Shown here: one piece after another, positions 49,952-62,244 of the stretch
How positions within the stretch are numbered: position 1 is the first letter of the stretch
Layout: each line of letters begins with the position of its first letter
Source: Iphione sp. A-MEVVRFRX5
Taxonomy: Eukaryota
Direction of reading: 5' to 3'
Length of the DNA: 64,000 nucleotides
Assembly: GCA_976226885.1 (NCBI GenBank)
Contig: OZ320322.1
Span: 47,244,001 to 47,308,000 of the forward strand
Made by a program: the position numbers and the translations under genes
Notes under the pieces: model-generated
The model's input: only the letters and a program-made list of their open reading frames with translations
Databases searched by the model: none
What the model was told of the DNA's origin: nothing

Positions 49952-52900
49952 GGGTTTATCAGTATATTATATTATATATCCTTTGCTTACCATCACGTCA
50001 TCATCTCTACACCACACATTCGTCACTGTATTTTTAAAAAAAAATACATATTTTATAGTGAATGGACATTTTTCCAAAGCGTATAACCACCTTGGTGAAC
50101 TGTCGCCTAATCATGCCGTACTACGATAAGAAAACGATTAGTCCACTAAGCAGGTATCTTTATCTGGAAACGTCCTTGTCCTTTCCATCACCACTAGGCA
50201 TAGGCAAAGCACAGTCAAATATAATGCTCATGTCATAGTAGATTTGATGGTGCTGTCCCTTTGATGTCCGAGAATGGGGTGGGGTATGTACAATGCATGT
50301 ATAGTATAACCCTTCTAATGCGACCACTCGAAGGACGGACCCAATTTTGCCTGAATCGAGGGTCCGGCCCTCATTCGAGTGCTTTGCTGTTCTGTTTTGT
50401 ACTAGGGGGACCAGAAAAAAATTAACTCTGGATTACCAATCTAGTTGAGATGGCCGCAGGGTGCGTCTGCTATTGCACGTAGACACTATTGTCATGCCGA
50501 GCTCTTCCTAGGAGTGAGCCACCACCGCCCCACCTTTAGAGCAAAGCCACCCATTACTGCGAACCAGTGAACTTTGTTCTTGAACAAGGGGGCTTCGAAC
50601 TCGTAGATTATCATTAATGTTATCGTCCTATCGGGAATCGTGTCGTTTTGTACATGACAATGAGCACATCCCCGCCCTGCTCCGTGGGTTCTTTTTTTGG
50701 AGGGGGAGGGGGAAGGGGGGGGGGGGTGCCCAGCCTTGCTGTAGAAGGTTTGCAGTGAGTCATTTCAAACTTGGTTGGCCTTTCAGGTTATCACTGCCCA
50801 CTTGAGTGAGGAGGTGTACAAGTGGTCGCTGCGCTTTTTCTAAATGCGGCCTCAGTTGCCACCTGCTACCAGAATGCTGTTTGTGGCAACTCATGTCAGT
50901 TTACTCTTGTCCTTCTGTCTCTTTGTCTGTTTGTCTGTCTGTCTGTTTCTGCGTTTGTCTGATTGTCCATCGTCAGGTATTTCGATTAGTCTTGATCGTT
51001 GTGGGTTAGGTTAGATTCTCTGTAGGGGAGTATATAGATCAAGAGTTAAATAAATACATGTTTTAATTATAATTAGTCATACAGATAGTGACCTCGGTAT
51101 GTAGGTGAGAAAGTAGGTTTGTGAGTGTGATTGTCCGTTTATGCACACCACTTTGTGGTTGTGCGCGTGTGTGCATGTTTAGCATCATGTACATGTGCCC
51201 GTTAGGCAAATGATTGGCACGATAAACACTTGACATGATAAACACTTGACATATTATGGACTAAATAAACACTCCACAGCTTACCTCACGCGCGATCAAA
51301 GGGGATCTTCTGAGGGTCCCGGGGAAGACAGATGGCGTGTCTCGCACAGGATGAACAACATCAGTCAAGATGTTTTAAAAGAAACTTACCGCTGTGGTTT
51401 TATGAGTTACTAGAGCTGTGATAAAGTCCACAGTTTATATACACATGTGAGCCCAACTTAACCAAAGGGGCATGAACATCACTCAGTGGTAATGGTTCAT
51501 GATCTAACATATGTTCATATCACTCTTGATACAGCAGGGATAAGTGTGATTATCACAACTCATACAATGGTTCAAAATAGCAGTACTAACTCTGTACGCG
51601 CGTACGAGATTCATATTTCTGCTCGCTCCTCTGTAACAGGGTGTTTTTGAGATTACAAACTACATGTACATGTTATCCCTGTTGACTATTAATCTATAAG
51701 GGTAGACAAAGCCTGCGTGCGTTAGGGAACTGTACACTTTCTTTACGAGATTAGCTCTGGGCCAGACCGGAGACATTCAGCTGCCGAAACTTTCCATCTA
51801 GCCAAATTGAATTTCAGTCATTTATTATACATCTGTAACCTCCTTGTCACTTTTGGCTTGTCTGACTTTATCATCTTTTTTGTCCTGGATATGTATATGC
51901 ATTGTTTTTGAACAAGTTTAATCTCGTTGTTTGAAGTGGGCCAAGGGGAGCCGTTCAATGGGCGTTGCATTGTACTTTACAGGCCGTAAAATCTGTAACC
52001 TAATTATATGCTGAAGCCGCCGAGACACATGCCTCGTCTCTCTCCCGTAACAAACCTTAATTGAGCTGCGTCGCTTTCCTACCATATAAGGCTATTTGGG
52101 CCAGCCGGTTCGACCCTGATCCAACTTGGGCTTGACCCCTGGGGAGGGAGGTATATGTCTGCTGGTAAAAGGCCGGGGCGGTATATGGTGTGGCTGTAGC
52201 TTAATGTGGAGGATGCTCTGTGGAGCTGATCGAAGGCAGGAAGGTCAGTGCTGGAGCGTCGGTGGGCTTTCGGGGGCGGGGGGGGCTGACTGGGTGGAGG
52301 GGGAGGTTTGGTTGAGTGGCGGGAGATCGGGTGGGCCGGTTGAGGGGGGGGGGGATGGCAAGTCGTCTTCACAGATGTTGAATAATACTGGATTCGGATG
52401 GCCAGATCATCAATAAGGAGGTAATCAAGTATTGAAGGGGTGAAGACTCTACAGATATTCAGCTGTTGAATCACAAATGATTAAAGTAACTTTGAGAGGG
52501 GGTAACAAATGGGATTCCCGTGGAAATAAGATGAAACATGAAGAAAATTATGAACGACTCCTCTAGCTATCTGTCTCTACCTCTTGGTCTCTTTAACAGT
52601 TCAACAGCAGTTTAAATTTCCACATGATGCTGAGCAATTTAATCAAACATCGATCGTTTAATTCCTTGTGAACTCCACATGATGGTCAGAAAGTTTAAAC
52701 AGATATGAAGAAATTTGACAATTAGATGCAATTTCATCAAACACTGGTCATTTCATTCCTTGTGAACTGATCAGACAAAAAAATAAGTTCTAGCTTATAA
52801 CTCTTCATTATAACCCGTAACAAGATCTTGATCTAACTCTTAGAAAGCTCTGTGCAAATTAAATAAACAAAAGAGTAGGTTCCGCTAATAACTTGAGCGT

Positions 52901-54223
52901 GGAACAAAGTCCTATTCCTACTCTTGAAAAGTTTCTTACTAGAGAGCTTCCAATTGGTANNNNNNNNNNNNNNNNNNNNNNNNNNNNNNNNNNNNNNNNN
53001 NNNNNNNNNNNNNNNNNNNNNNNNNNNNNNNNNNNNNNNNNNNNNNNNNNNNNNNNNNNNNNNNNNNNNNNNNNNNNNNNNNNNNNNNNNNNNNNNNNNN
53101 NNNNNNNNNNNNNNNNNNNNNNNAGTTACTGTCAGTCTACGCAGTTCAAGTAATTATTCATATACAGTTTCGACTAGCGTTAAGAACTACATGTATAGGC
53201 AGTTTCCTTCCTGCTCGTAATTTCTTTGTACATGCTGCCCATAACCAGCGCTCAAGCCATGTGTAACATGGCAGCGCGACCTGTAGCCCGACCTGCTGGT
53301 ATCTGGCATAGCCTCCCATTTCGGTACTGTGAACCAATGGGTACCAGTCAAAGAGCGGAGCGCGTCCGGCGCGTCGCTTCGTCCTCGGAGGCTCCGCGCT
53401 CTGTCAGTCTGACTCACAATACCAGGCCGGTCGGCGGGATAGGGGACGGGAGGCGTGGGGAGCACTTCAACACAAGTACGGCGGACACAATACGCGGTGG
53501 ATTCATAAGAGAGAACGCGGCGTACGGCATGAGGAGACGGACAGTGGAGTACTATTGTCATCCACGTGGGGGGGCTTGGATCTCTTCTGTGAAAGTTTCC
53601 TTGTTTGTAAATCGACCGAGTAGCAACACTTGTTGCTGTTGTGACACTTGCTGTTGGGACACATGATATGATTCTGCGTGTTGTTGATGTGTTTGTGGAA
53701 TGCTGGGTGGGCAGGAAGAGGTATAGGTTTGGCTGAGGCGAGGATCGAAGTCGAGGCACTGAAACCAAACACTTGAAACCCGAACATATCCCCCGCACAT
53801 AGCATCACATATATACAAGTGTTACACACGGGTAGCGAGGCTAACGAAGCCGTGCTATTTAAGGTACATGTATAAACCACCGCCCGCTATACTCACGCAC
53901 ACACACACAGTTTTCTGTGTATACATGTGTATGGGCATGTACATGGACACGTAAACAGACATACAGAGTGACATACGCACCATGACGTGCACGCACGCCC
54001 GGCTGGTGATGACCATGTGTAATACACCAGCTTGACTCCCCCACGATGACGCACAGGTGGCCTTGTGGGGGGAGACCGGTGATAACAATACTATCTTGTG
54101 TGTGTGCCAACGTTCAAGACTGAGAGGGAGACTCTTGCCAGGACGTCAGTACGAGAGGAGCCATCACCAGGCGTCGACGTGAACCGTGAGGAGGCAACTC
54201 CGCCTGAATCTAGTCTGTCAAAG

Positions 54224-54226
<3 letters not shown>

Positions 54227-54294
<68 letters not shown>
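54227..54294. repeat. (CA)34 microsatellite inside an otherwise exon-like open frame
   Basis: Seen directly; translates as a His-Thr repeat in track ORF 54098. Confidence 0.95.
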
Positions 54295-54301
<7 letters not shown>

Positions 54302-54555
54302 TCTGAGAAGTTCTCGCACTGTGATAGGAGACAGCTAGTCCGAGTCGAGGAGACTCTCGACTCCAACGTGTACTACTTAAGTAAGAGATCCTGGAAGTAC
54401 TGAATTATATACATACACTTGGAGAGGAGCCAATAATTCGAGACTTAAAAAACACCCGGCGACCCACGAGCGTAGAATTGACCTGTTCAGGTTCGTTGGC
54501 GGGAGGGTTTTCTCAGGACGTGTTAAGAAGTCGAATGTGATCCAGCTGGACCACA

Positions 54556-54923
54556 ATGAGCATGGAGTCGATGTACGGGGGCCGGGCGGGGGAAGGTCAG
54601 GTCCTCGGGCTTCACCCCGTCTCCCACCGGGGGCGGCCGGGCAGGGCGGCCGGAGGACACCGCCTCAGGACGGTCACTTACCCTGGAGGAGCAGCCGCCT
54701 TGCCTGCCATAGCTGAGGACTCGGTGGCCTCAGGGACCAGCACTGTTGAGGCTGTGGAGGAGGCTGGAGGAGATACAGGAGGAGGAGGGGCAGCAGCTGG
54801 AGCTGGTGAAGAGGTGAAGGCCAGGTCTAATAGTTTAGGTACACTGAGAGACATTCAAGGTTTCCGGCAGAAACAAGCGGTCAGCCAGAGGATCCAGCCA
54901 GAGGAAGGCCAAGTAGGGAGGCG
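54556..54923 (+). CDS. Candidate alternative first coding exon (about 122 aa, Gly/Ala/Glu-rich)
   Basis: ATG 54556 with an in-frame TGA at 54538. GC-rich ORF with RLRTVT and RSNSLGT kinase-like motifs, ending at a perfect donor AGGCG|gtaagt in phase 2, compatible with the other phase-2 ends. Confidence 0.55.
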
Positions 54924-57460
54924 GTAAGTAGAGCCTGGCACCACCGTCAGCTTTGACTCATCCCATTGAAACTAGAGGTTGGCATGGTGCCCAACTAGCA
55001 GTCATGGCCCAATGGCACCTCACCTGACAGACAGATACAACTCGAGCTGAAAGATGGACAGGGATAGGTAACAGACAGGTGAGGAGGGGGGTGTGGAATT
55101 AACTGGGGTTCTCAGAGAGGCAAAGGAGTTGAGCTGAAGGTGGTTGACGTTGCATACCCATGACATGGCTTAAGAGCTGTCTCCCCTGTATGTTAATTGT
55201 ATGGACCATTATATAGCTATGTTAAAGAGATGCACGGTCTCCTAGGTGGTCTTATGTTTGCACCAAGCTGCGTATTGATATCTGCAACAATGACCGTTAA
55301 CATGAGAAATACGTACAAGCACGTTGTCTTCTGCACATTCAATACTCCTGCACGGTGTGTATAGCATACCGGTTACCTGTCACCTGTAAGGATGTTTCCC
55401 TTCGCTGTTGATAGTGTTATCTGTAATTCAGGTGAGAGGGACCTTACTGGCCCTATCTTAACCATATCAGTGTTGACAGTACGAAGCTTAGACTATTCAT
55501 CAGGGGATAAGATTAGAGATAACAGATTATTGTCCCTCCAGTGGGACAAGGGGCAGTTGTCATTTTTCTAATATCTATATACATGTACATGTGCCTAAAT
55601 AAATACATAAAGCTATACACATGTACAGGTCTATCCCTTACATTTATATATTTATGCATTTACCTCTAGTCCCTGTATGCATTAAACTGCACTTGTACGG
55701 CATGAAACAGTTTGAGGTTGTAGTTCGAAAACATTCAGACAATCTGACTAATAGATTCGTTTAGATTAGATTGAGTCACATTTCAAATGAAGCTCAAGTC
55801 CTTTTTTCCGCGTGTACAGCATGTTGTCCATAGTGCTGTTCTTTTTTGGTCGCATCAACAAATAATTCAGCGTTGTATACTGCTGCTCATTTGTCGCTGC
55901 GGCGAGCCCTGACCAAATTCTAGTCAGTATTTATGAGTAAAATGTGCTAAAAGACACGATAAGTGACATGGATCCTCATTTAAATACCACGCCCGGAGGT
56001 GCCAGCGTGGATGCAGGCGGTGTGGGCCTGCGACAGGTGGTAATATCCAGCGAAGCATGACAATTGAACCGCGTGGATGCGTCACGGTTCATCACCCCCA
56101 TCACATAAACTGTATGGTAACACGGGGTTAACTGGGGTTGTACACACTAACAGCTGTCACTTACCTGTCGGTGTTTCTCTCTTTATTGTAAAGGAAAAAA
56201 AAGTATCCTGATTATAACAATTCAGGACTTCACATAGTTCACATTCGCCGTCACCTACTTCCATACATGGACACAGTGTTTCGTACACGGTAACTGTATC
56301 TATATTGAACGGGACGATAGCGCCTTATTACACACGGCGGCTTCACACTGCTGTACACGCACATACGCACAGGAACATAGTTGTCCATACACAAGTGGAT
56401 ACACACGCGCATGTTTGTATGCAAGAGTTTGGCAGACGTTAAACCACAACACGAGCATGTTATACAATAGTTCCTACCGTGTCTCTCAAGCTAACCCCTG
56501 TGTATGCAGGATTACATGACCAGGCCCAGTTACAGGATATGCCAAACATAGTACGAGGTGGCCCTGGTATATGGCAGCCCAGGGGTTGAGGATAATATTT
56601 CTTAAAATGCTGACAGCCCCTTAGACGTTCCCAGGTCGTGGTGGGGACGAGATGATACACGAATGAAAAACACGTATCAGAAGTGTGGGTTCGGTGGAGT
56701 CATATTACGCCTTGTTACAGTCAAATTTCTCATTGCAGAATGAAACCCTTTGCGCCAGTTAGTGGTCTGGAAGCCTCTGCAGTTATCCAATGGACCCTCC
56801 GATCCTCTTCTGTGGATGAGTTTGATTACTTATGTATGCTGTACAGAACCCGATCACATCAGTCCATCACACATCCCTTAATCCAAGCCTTCCCCCATCC
56901 GCATCCCCATCCCCGCTACACACACGCGCACGCACTCGTGCGCGCGTACATACACACACACACGCACACATATATACATGTATATGCACACAACGCACAC
57001 TGTCCTCCTACTTTACGTTATCTCAACTGTCTATGCTCTTTGGCAAAGGACAGCCTCGACCCATTCACATTAAGTCATCATGTCCTAATCGAGCCGAGCT
57101 GGCCCTTATCAAACCAGCATTCTCACTCCGCCTTAATTCACCCTTCACTCATAATCCCATGTCGGCCGGGTGTACCGGCAGCCCCATCTCTCCCGGTGAA
57201 CGTCAAGTACCGCACTTCCCTCCGCTCAGGGACAGTCCAGACGTCATCGAGGCGCTTATCGTGAAGGGAAAGTGGATGTACACATCCAGTTCCACGAGCA
57301 GACACAAACATACACACATATACACGCATACGGTCTTACAATACAGCCACCAAATCTCTGTCTCAGAAGGTTTTAACATAGAGTGAATATTGTACGTAGT
57401 CGCAGACAGACGCATGCCAGTATTTATGTACATATATGTACAATCGCACCTACATACACA

Positions 57461-57530
57461 TGTATGTATGTATGTATGTATGTATGTATGTATGTACCGT
57501 TGTACGTATGTACGTATGTATGTACGTACG
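57461..57530. repeat. (TATG)n / TACG tetranucleotide microsatellite
   Basis: Seen directly; bounds approximate. Confidence 0.9.
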
Positions 57531-57842
57531 TAGAAGATCCAAAGACCTACGTTTAAATCTACAATACACACATGTAAAAGAAATCACTTGTACTCGTAGG
57601 AACTCCCTTTTTAACTAGATATTTAACCTAGAACTTACAGCCTTTAGCTCGTTTTATAGCTGTTTTTTTTTTTAGCTTGTAAATAGTATGCTAAAGACCC
57701 ATTGTTCAGGATGAGATGCCAGGATATCCTACGTTGCTTCCTACTTTAACTTGGAATCGAGTTAGTTTCTTTGTATAGAGGATACCATCTTTGAAATCCA
57801 CCTCCTTTGAGACGCTGTGCACTAGTCTGCATTAGGTTGTGT

Positions 57843-57874
<32 letters not shown>

Positions 57875-58699
57875 TGGTCAGTGTCCTTGTAGGGTTGAGG
57901 TCAGCAGCAGTAGGGTTGGGATTTCCACCCGATTAGTCGATCCATCGATTGGCCCCGCTCATCAGATCATACAGACTGTCAGTATACCTGATGATGGTGG
58001 TATACGGAGAGGAGGACGCTCCAGACACAGGGGTATTCCCCACCTACCCGCCCACCTGGGGAGTGGACATGAATTAGGATGCTTGCCAGTGTGGCTCTGT
58101 CTTTATCTTTTAGTCGTATGACTGCATGGGGCCAGAGGACGCGGGAGTTACCCTGACAACAGCAGAACCAACCCCCAGAAAAAGCTTATATTAAAAAAAN
58201 NNNNNNNNNNNNNNNNNNNNNNNNNNNNNNNNNNNNNNNNNNNNNNNNNNNNNNNNNNNNNNNNNNNNNNNNNNNNNNNNNNNNNNNNNNNNNNNNNNNN
58301 NNNNNNNNNNNNNNNNNNNNNNNNNNNNNNNNNNNNNNNNNNNNNNNNAACGAGGGTGGGCAGGGAAATAGGCTGTGTTGTTTACAGTACGTATGTAAAA
58401 CACTCGGGAATAATAACTGGGGATTATAACGGTCCACTTTGTACCACACATGCTGCCATGATCTCCTCCTTCAGACCAGCAGCACATGTACAGTCAGCAC
58501 TAGATTTCCGAACTCTCAATATACATGTATACGACACAGTGTGCCATTTTCAAATGATATCCTCTGATACAAAAAAAGCACTGTTCTGTAGAAATAGGAC
58601 TCCATACCCGAATGTATTCAATGTTTGAACAAAAATACATGTACACGACACGGCGAGAATTCAGACATTCAGTCCTGACTGTACATGTATGTTTTTAGG

Positions 58700-58725
58700 T
58701 ATGTACATGTATGTATGTATGTATG

Positions 58726-58755
<30 letters not shown>
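58700..58755. repeat. (TATG)n microsatellite
   Basis: Seen directly; bounds approximate. Confidence 0.9.
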
Positions 58756-58756
<1 letters not shown>

Positions 58757-61103
58757 TGCATGTAGGGATGTATGTAGTATAAGAGGAAAATATCTCTAGG
58801 TTAAAGTAATATCTTTGATACTGCATATCAAGGCCATACATATCCCAGGACCTTCATCCCTCCTAGTGCTTGGCTCCTGGACATGCCCCTCATGCCATAG
58901 AGAACAATGAGAAGCGGCAATCCGTGCGCGCGTATCGATTATGTTTGTGTGTTCCTTCCTGCTTTAACTGTCCTTGGCCGCCGACAGAGGTCGTACTGGG
59001 TACCTGTAGGGTAGGGCAGGGGTCAGTGCATCTGGTCAAGTGCCAGACGCCAAAAAGTGCCAAACATCTGATAGCCAGGCCAAGGCAGTTGTATCGTGTC
59101 TGTTCTCACCAGATGCCAAAGTACATGTATGGAAGAGATAATATCGGCCATCTCAGTAAACCACACGAAAATTAGTCCTGGAATAGAAGTTGTATTCTCA
59201 GTTTGGACATAGTAGCGGGACTATCAGAGGTTCTGTTGGTAGAAACTTGATAGATTTAGAACATAGGGATAGCTGTTGGTAAGTTGTATAGTCAACTTCT
59301 CTTCACATTTATACTTAGCAACACAGAAATAGCTTCCAGAAGTTCTGATGTCAACTCAGAGACATCTACATTTAGATTAAGTAGTTCACACATTTACAGT
59401 CTAGCGCGTCATCCATAGACATCTGTGAGGGATATTTTAGGAACAGTGGGGGAAATCATTATAACATCCCTATATGCTTTGTGGTCTGAACTAATCTCTT
59501 TTTGTATGTGTTTCGATATTTATTCGATTAAAACTCAATTTGAAAGCTCTTAACCCAGCTCAAGTCCCGAAACTTGGATTGGATTAGGAAGATGACTAAG
59601 ATAACTGTAGTCTAGACCCTCGCTACTGCAGTCGGGCTCCGCTCCTGGCAATTGCAGCATAATACTTGTAGCTGTCTGACCTTATTGTTGAGAGGAGGAA
59701 TATATAGAGTACAGAAATGGGTCCTATTATCATTACATAATGGTTAGACCCCTTGACCGCATTGATGGGTCAGACCGGAGAGTGACTAGTTGTATCTCTC
59801 TACAACTCTTGTTACCTCCACTTAGTTTAATTAGGTTGATATCCTCTGGTATTTGTCGGTTAATAAGCTATACTGAATGAGACGAAAGGCCGAGCTGAGA
59901 TATACTTCAATAGAAACCCTCCATTTGGGCCAGTCTTAGTTCTTACCAAAACTGTCCTTATGTGAGGGATGTCCCTATTGGAAACGTGGCTGTCCACTGT
60001 GCAGTAAAATCAGAGAATACTCATACCCTGTGACCTTCCTCATGACTTGAGGTGAACCTGGTATTATTTAGTGAGCGACCACCGTTATCTGTGGAGAGAT
60101 ATAACCAAACAGAGCGGACTGGTTAGTACCCACGGTTAGCAAACACTCTTATCTACGTTAAGACCTAACTATATACATGGACAGGCGACTACTTAGTACT
60201 CAAGATTATTTCCTGCGAGTTATACGATTCCCATGAGACCGGTCCCCTTTGGCTCGCTTGATGTTTTCATCCTCCTTTTTTTCCGTAAACGACACATCCG
60301 GGAGTGGGTGTTTTCTTCCGGATTTTCTTTTTGTTCTTCGACCGATCCCCCCACCCCCACCCCCACCTCCAGTTATTTTGTTTCTCACCAGGAAAACACT
60401 ACCGTGGTATCGTGACCATTTCTCCTCCTTATAAGCCCAGTTATCTCCCATAGGCCTGCCCAGGCTGTATTCAGACTCTGCCTCCATAGTCTAGGTGAAG
60501 TCAACGTTTGGTAATGGTCTGTAATTAATGACGTTGATCTTCGGGCATTTTACCCACGTAGGTAGGTGTCATTGAATTAAGGAGTGGTGATATGAATGAT
60601 TCACTAGAAACCTTGACCAAATTGGCAGGCCGGAGGACAGTCAAGGTCTTAAATATGGGCAATGCCACTTATTAGTCAGACTCTCTTTAATCAAGATGGT
60701 GTCTCTTCTCTATAGNNNNNNNNNNNNNNNNNNNNNNNNNNNNNNNNNNNNNNNNNNNNNNNNNNNNNNNNNNNNNNNNNNNNNNNNNNNNNNNNNNNNN
60801 NNNNNNNNNNNNNNNNNNNNNNNNNNNNNNNNNNNNNNNNNNNNNNNNNNNNNNNNNNNNNNNNNNNGTCTCCGCTTTCCCTAGATCAGAGACCTCTATC
60901 CTTCCCTNNNNNNNNNNNNNNNNNNNNNNNNNNNNNNNNNNNNNNNNNNNNNNNNNNNNNNNNNNNNNNNNNNNNNNNNNNNNNNNNNNNNNNNNNNNNN
61001 NNNNNNNNNNNNNNNNNNNNNNNNNNNNNNNNNNNNNNNNNNNNNNNNNNNNNNNNNNNNNNNNNNNNTGTACTTTTCCGCCTCTTGTCCCGTATCACCT
61101 CAG

Positions 61104-61141
61104 GTCGGCTGAGATCAGGGTCAAGACCGAGCTCGTCACTG
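61104..61141 (+). CDS. Candidate short shared exon (phase 2 in)
   Basis: Strong pyrimidine tract tacttttccgcctcttgtcccgtatcacctcag|, then (R)SAEIRVKTELVT. The donor is weak and uncertain. Confidence 0.3.
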
Positions 61142-62093
61142 GTGTGCGTGTGTTCCTGCCTCAACCCGAGCAGCCCCCATGTTGAAGGCTGTGGCCATTC
61201 TGTTGATAGACGGTAATGGTAACTCCATGTAAACGGCAGGAATGGGCTGATTGTCCTCGAGAGGGCTGGGGGGGTGTTGCTGTCTCCCTCCAGCTCCTCC
61301 CGCAGTTAAGCTTCGGCTGGTATGGGCATGGTTTGGTGGTATATATGCGCCTCAAGGGGTAGCTTTAATAAGCTGGGGCATGGGTGTGGTGACTGCATAT
61401 ATCGAGTCCCCCCCAGACTTCCTCTGTCTTATCCATTGTCTCCTCTCTTTATACCGTCTTGTTTGTCCCCTTCCTCTCTTTCTCCATTGGTCTGCCTTAC
61501 TTCACTTCTTTTTCCAACTCCCTCCGTCTCGCCTCTATATGCTTCCTCTCTGCTNNNNNNNNNNNNNNNNNNNNNNNNNNNNNNNNNNNNNNNNNNNNNN
61601 NNNNNNNNNNNNNNNNNNNNNNNNNNNNNNNNNNNNNNNNNNNNNNNNNNNNNNNNNNNNNNNNNNNNNNNNNNNNNNNNNNNNNNNCTACCAGCTCCTT
61701 TCCTCCTTTTTGTACGTTTCCTCTCCCTTTTTGTCTACTTCTGACGCCCCCCCCCCAGCTTCCGTCTCGTCTCCTCATTTGATTGTCGGTCCTTGTTTGT
61801 CTGCTTGTCTATCTTTATTTGCTAGTGATAATACGATGTCGTATATATCACCTTCTCAGTGTCTTGGCCTAGCTACACAGAGAAGTGACCGAAACAACGA
61901 CACCAGCATTCCGCTACACCCAAATGTTTACTAAATAGGTGTCCTTGTTTCATTTATGGAGATATCTACTTGTCAAAAACAACATGAATATGGCTAGAAA
62001 TAAAATGATATTTTCCATGAACAACATATCTCTCGACATGTTAGTATTGATAAGTTTTATGTTTGTAAGGGGGAAAGGGGTCGTTCTGTTCCC

Positions 62094-62244
62094 AAAGAAA
62101 AAAATGACATCACGTACATTTGTACGTAACACACACACACACACACACACATCTACACACGCATGGGGGAAGGATCGTAAAAAGAAAAAAAATGACATCA
62201 CGTACATTTGTACGTAACACACACACACACACACATCTACACAC
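62094..62244. repeat. Local direct duplication of about 65 bp (aaagaaaaaaatgacatcacgtacatttgtacgtaac(ac)n atctacacac)
   Basis: Copies at about 62094-62160 and 62181-62244, differing in A-run and CA-run length. Confidence 0.85.

Larger units (their letters stand above)
47600..61687. other. Six assembly gaps (N runs)
   Basis: 47600-47792, 52960-53123, 58200-58348, 60716-60867, 60908-61068, 61555-61687. Small exons could be hidden in them. Confidence 0.98.

Noticed and set aside
57159-57271. Possible extra first exon MSAGCTGSPISPGERQVPHFPPLRDSPDVIEALIVKG
   Set aside because: The donor (AA|gtggat) is weak and there is no promoter evidence.
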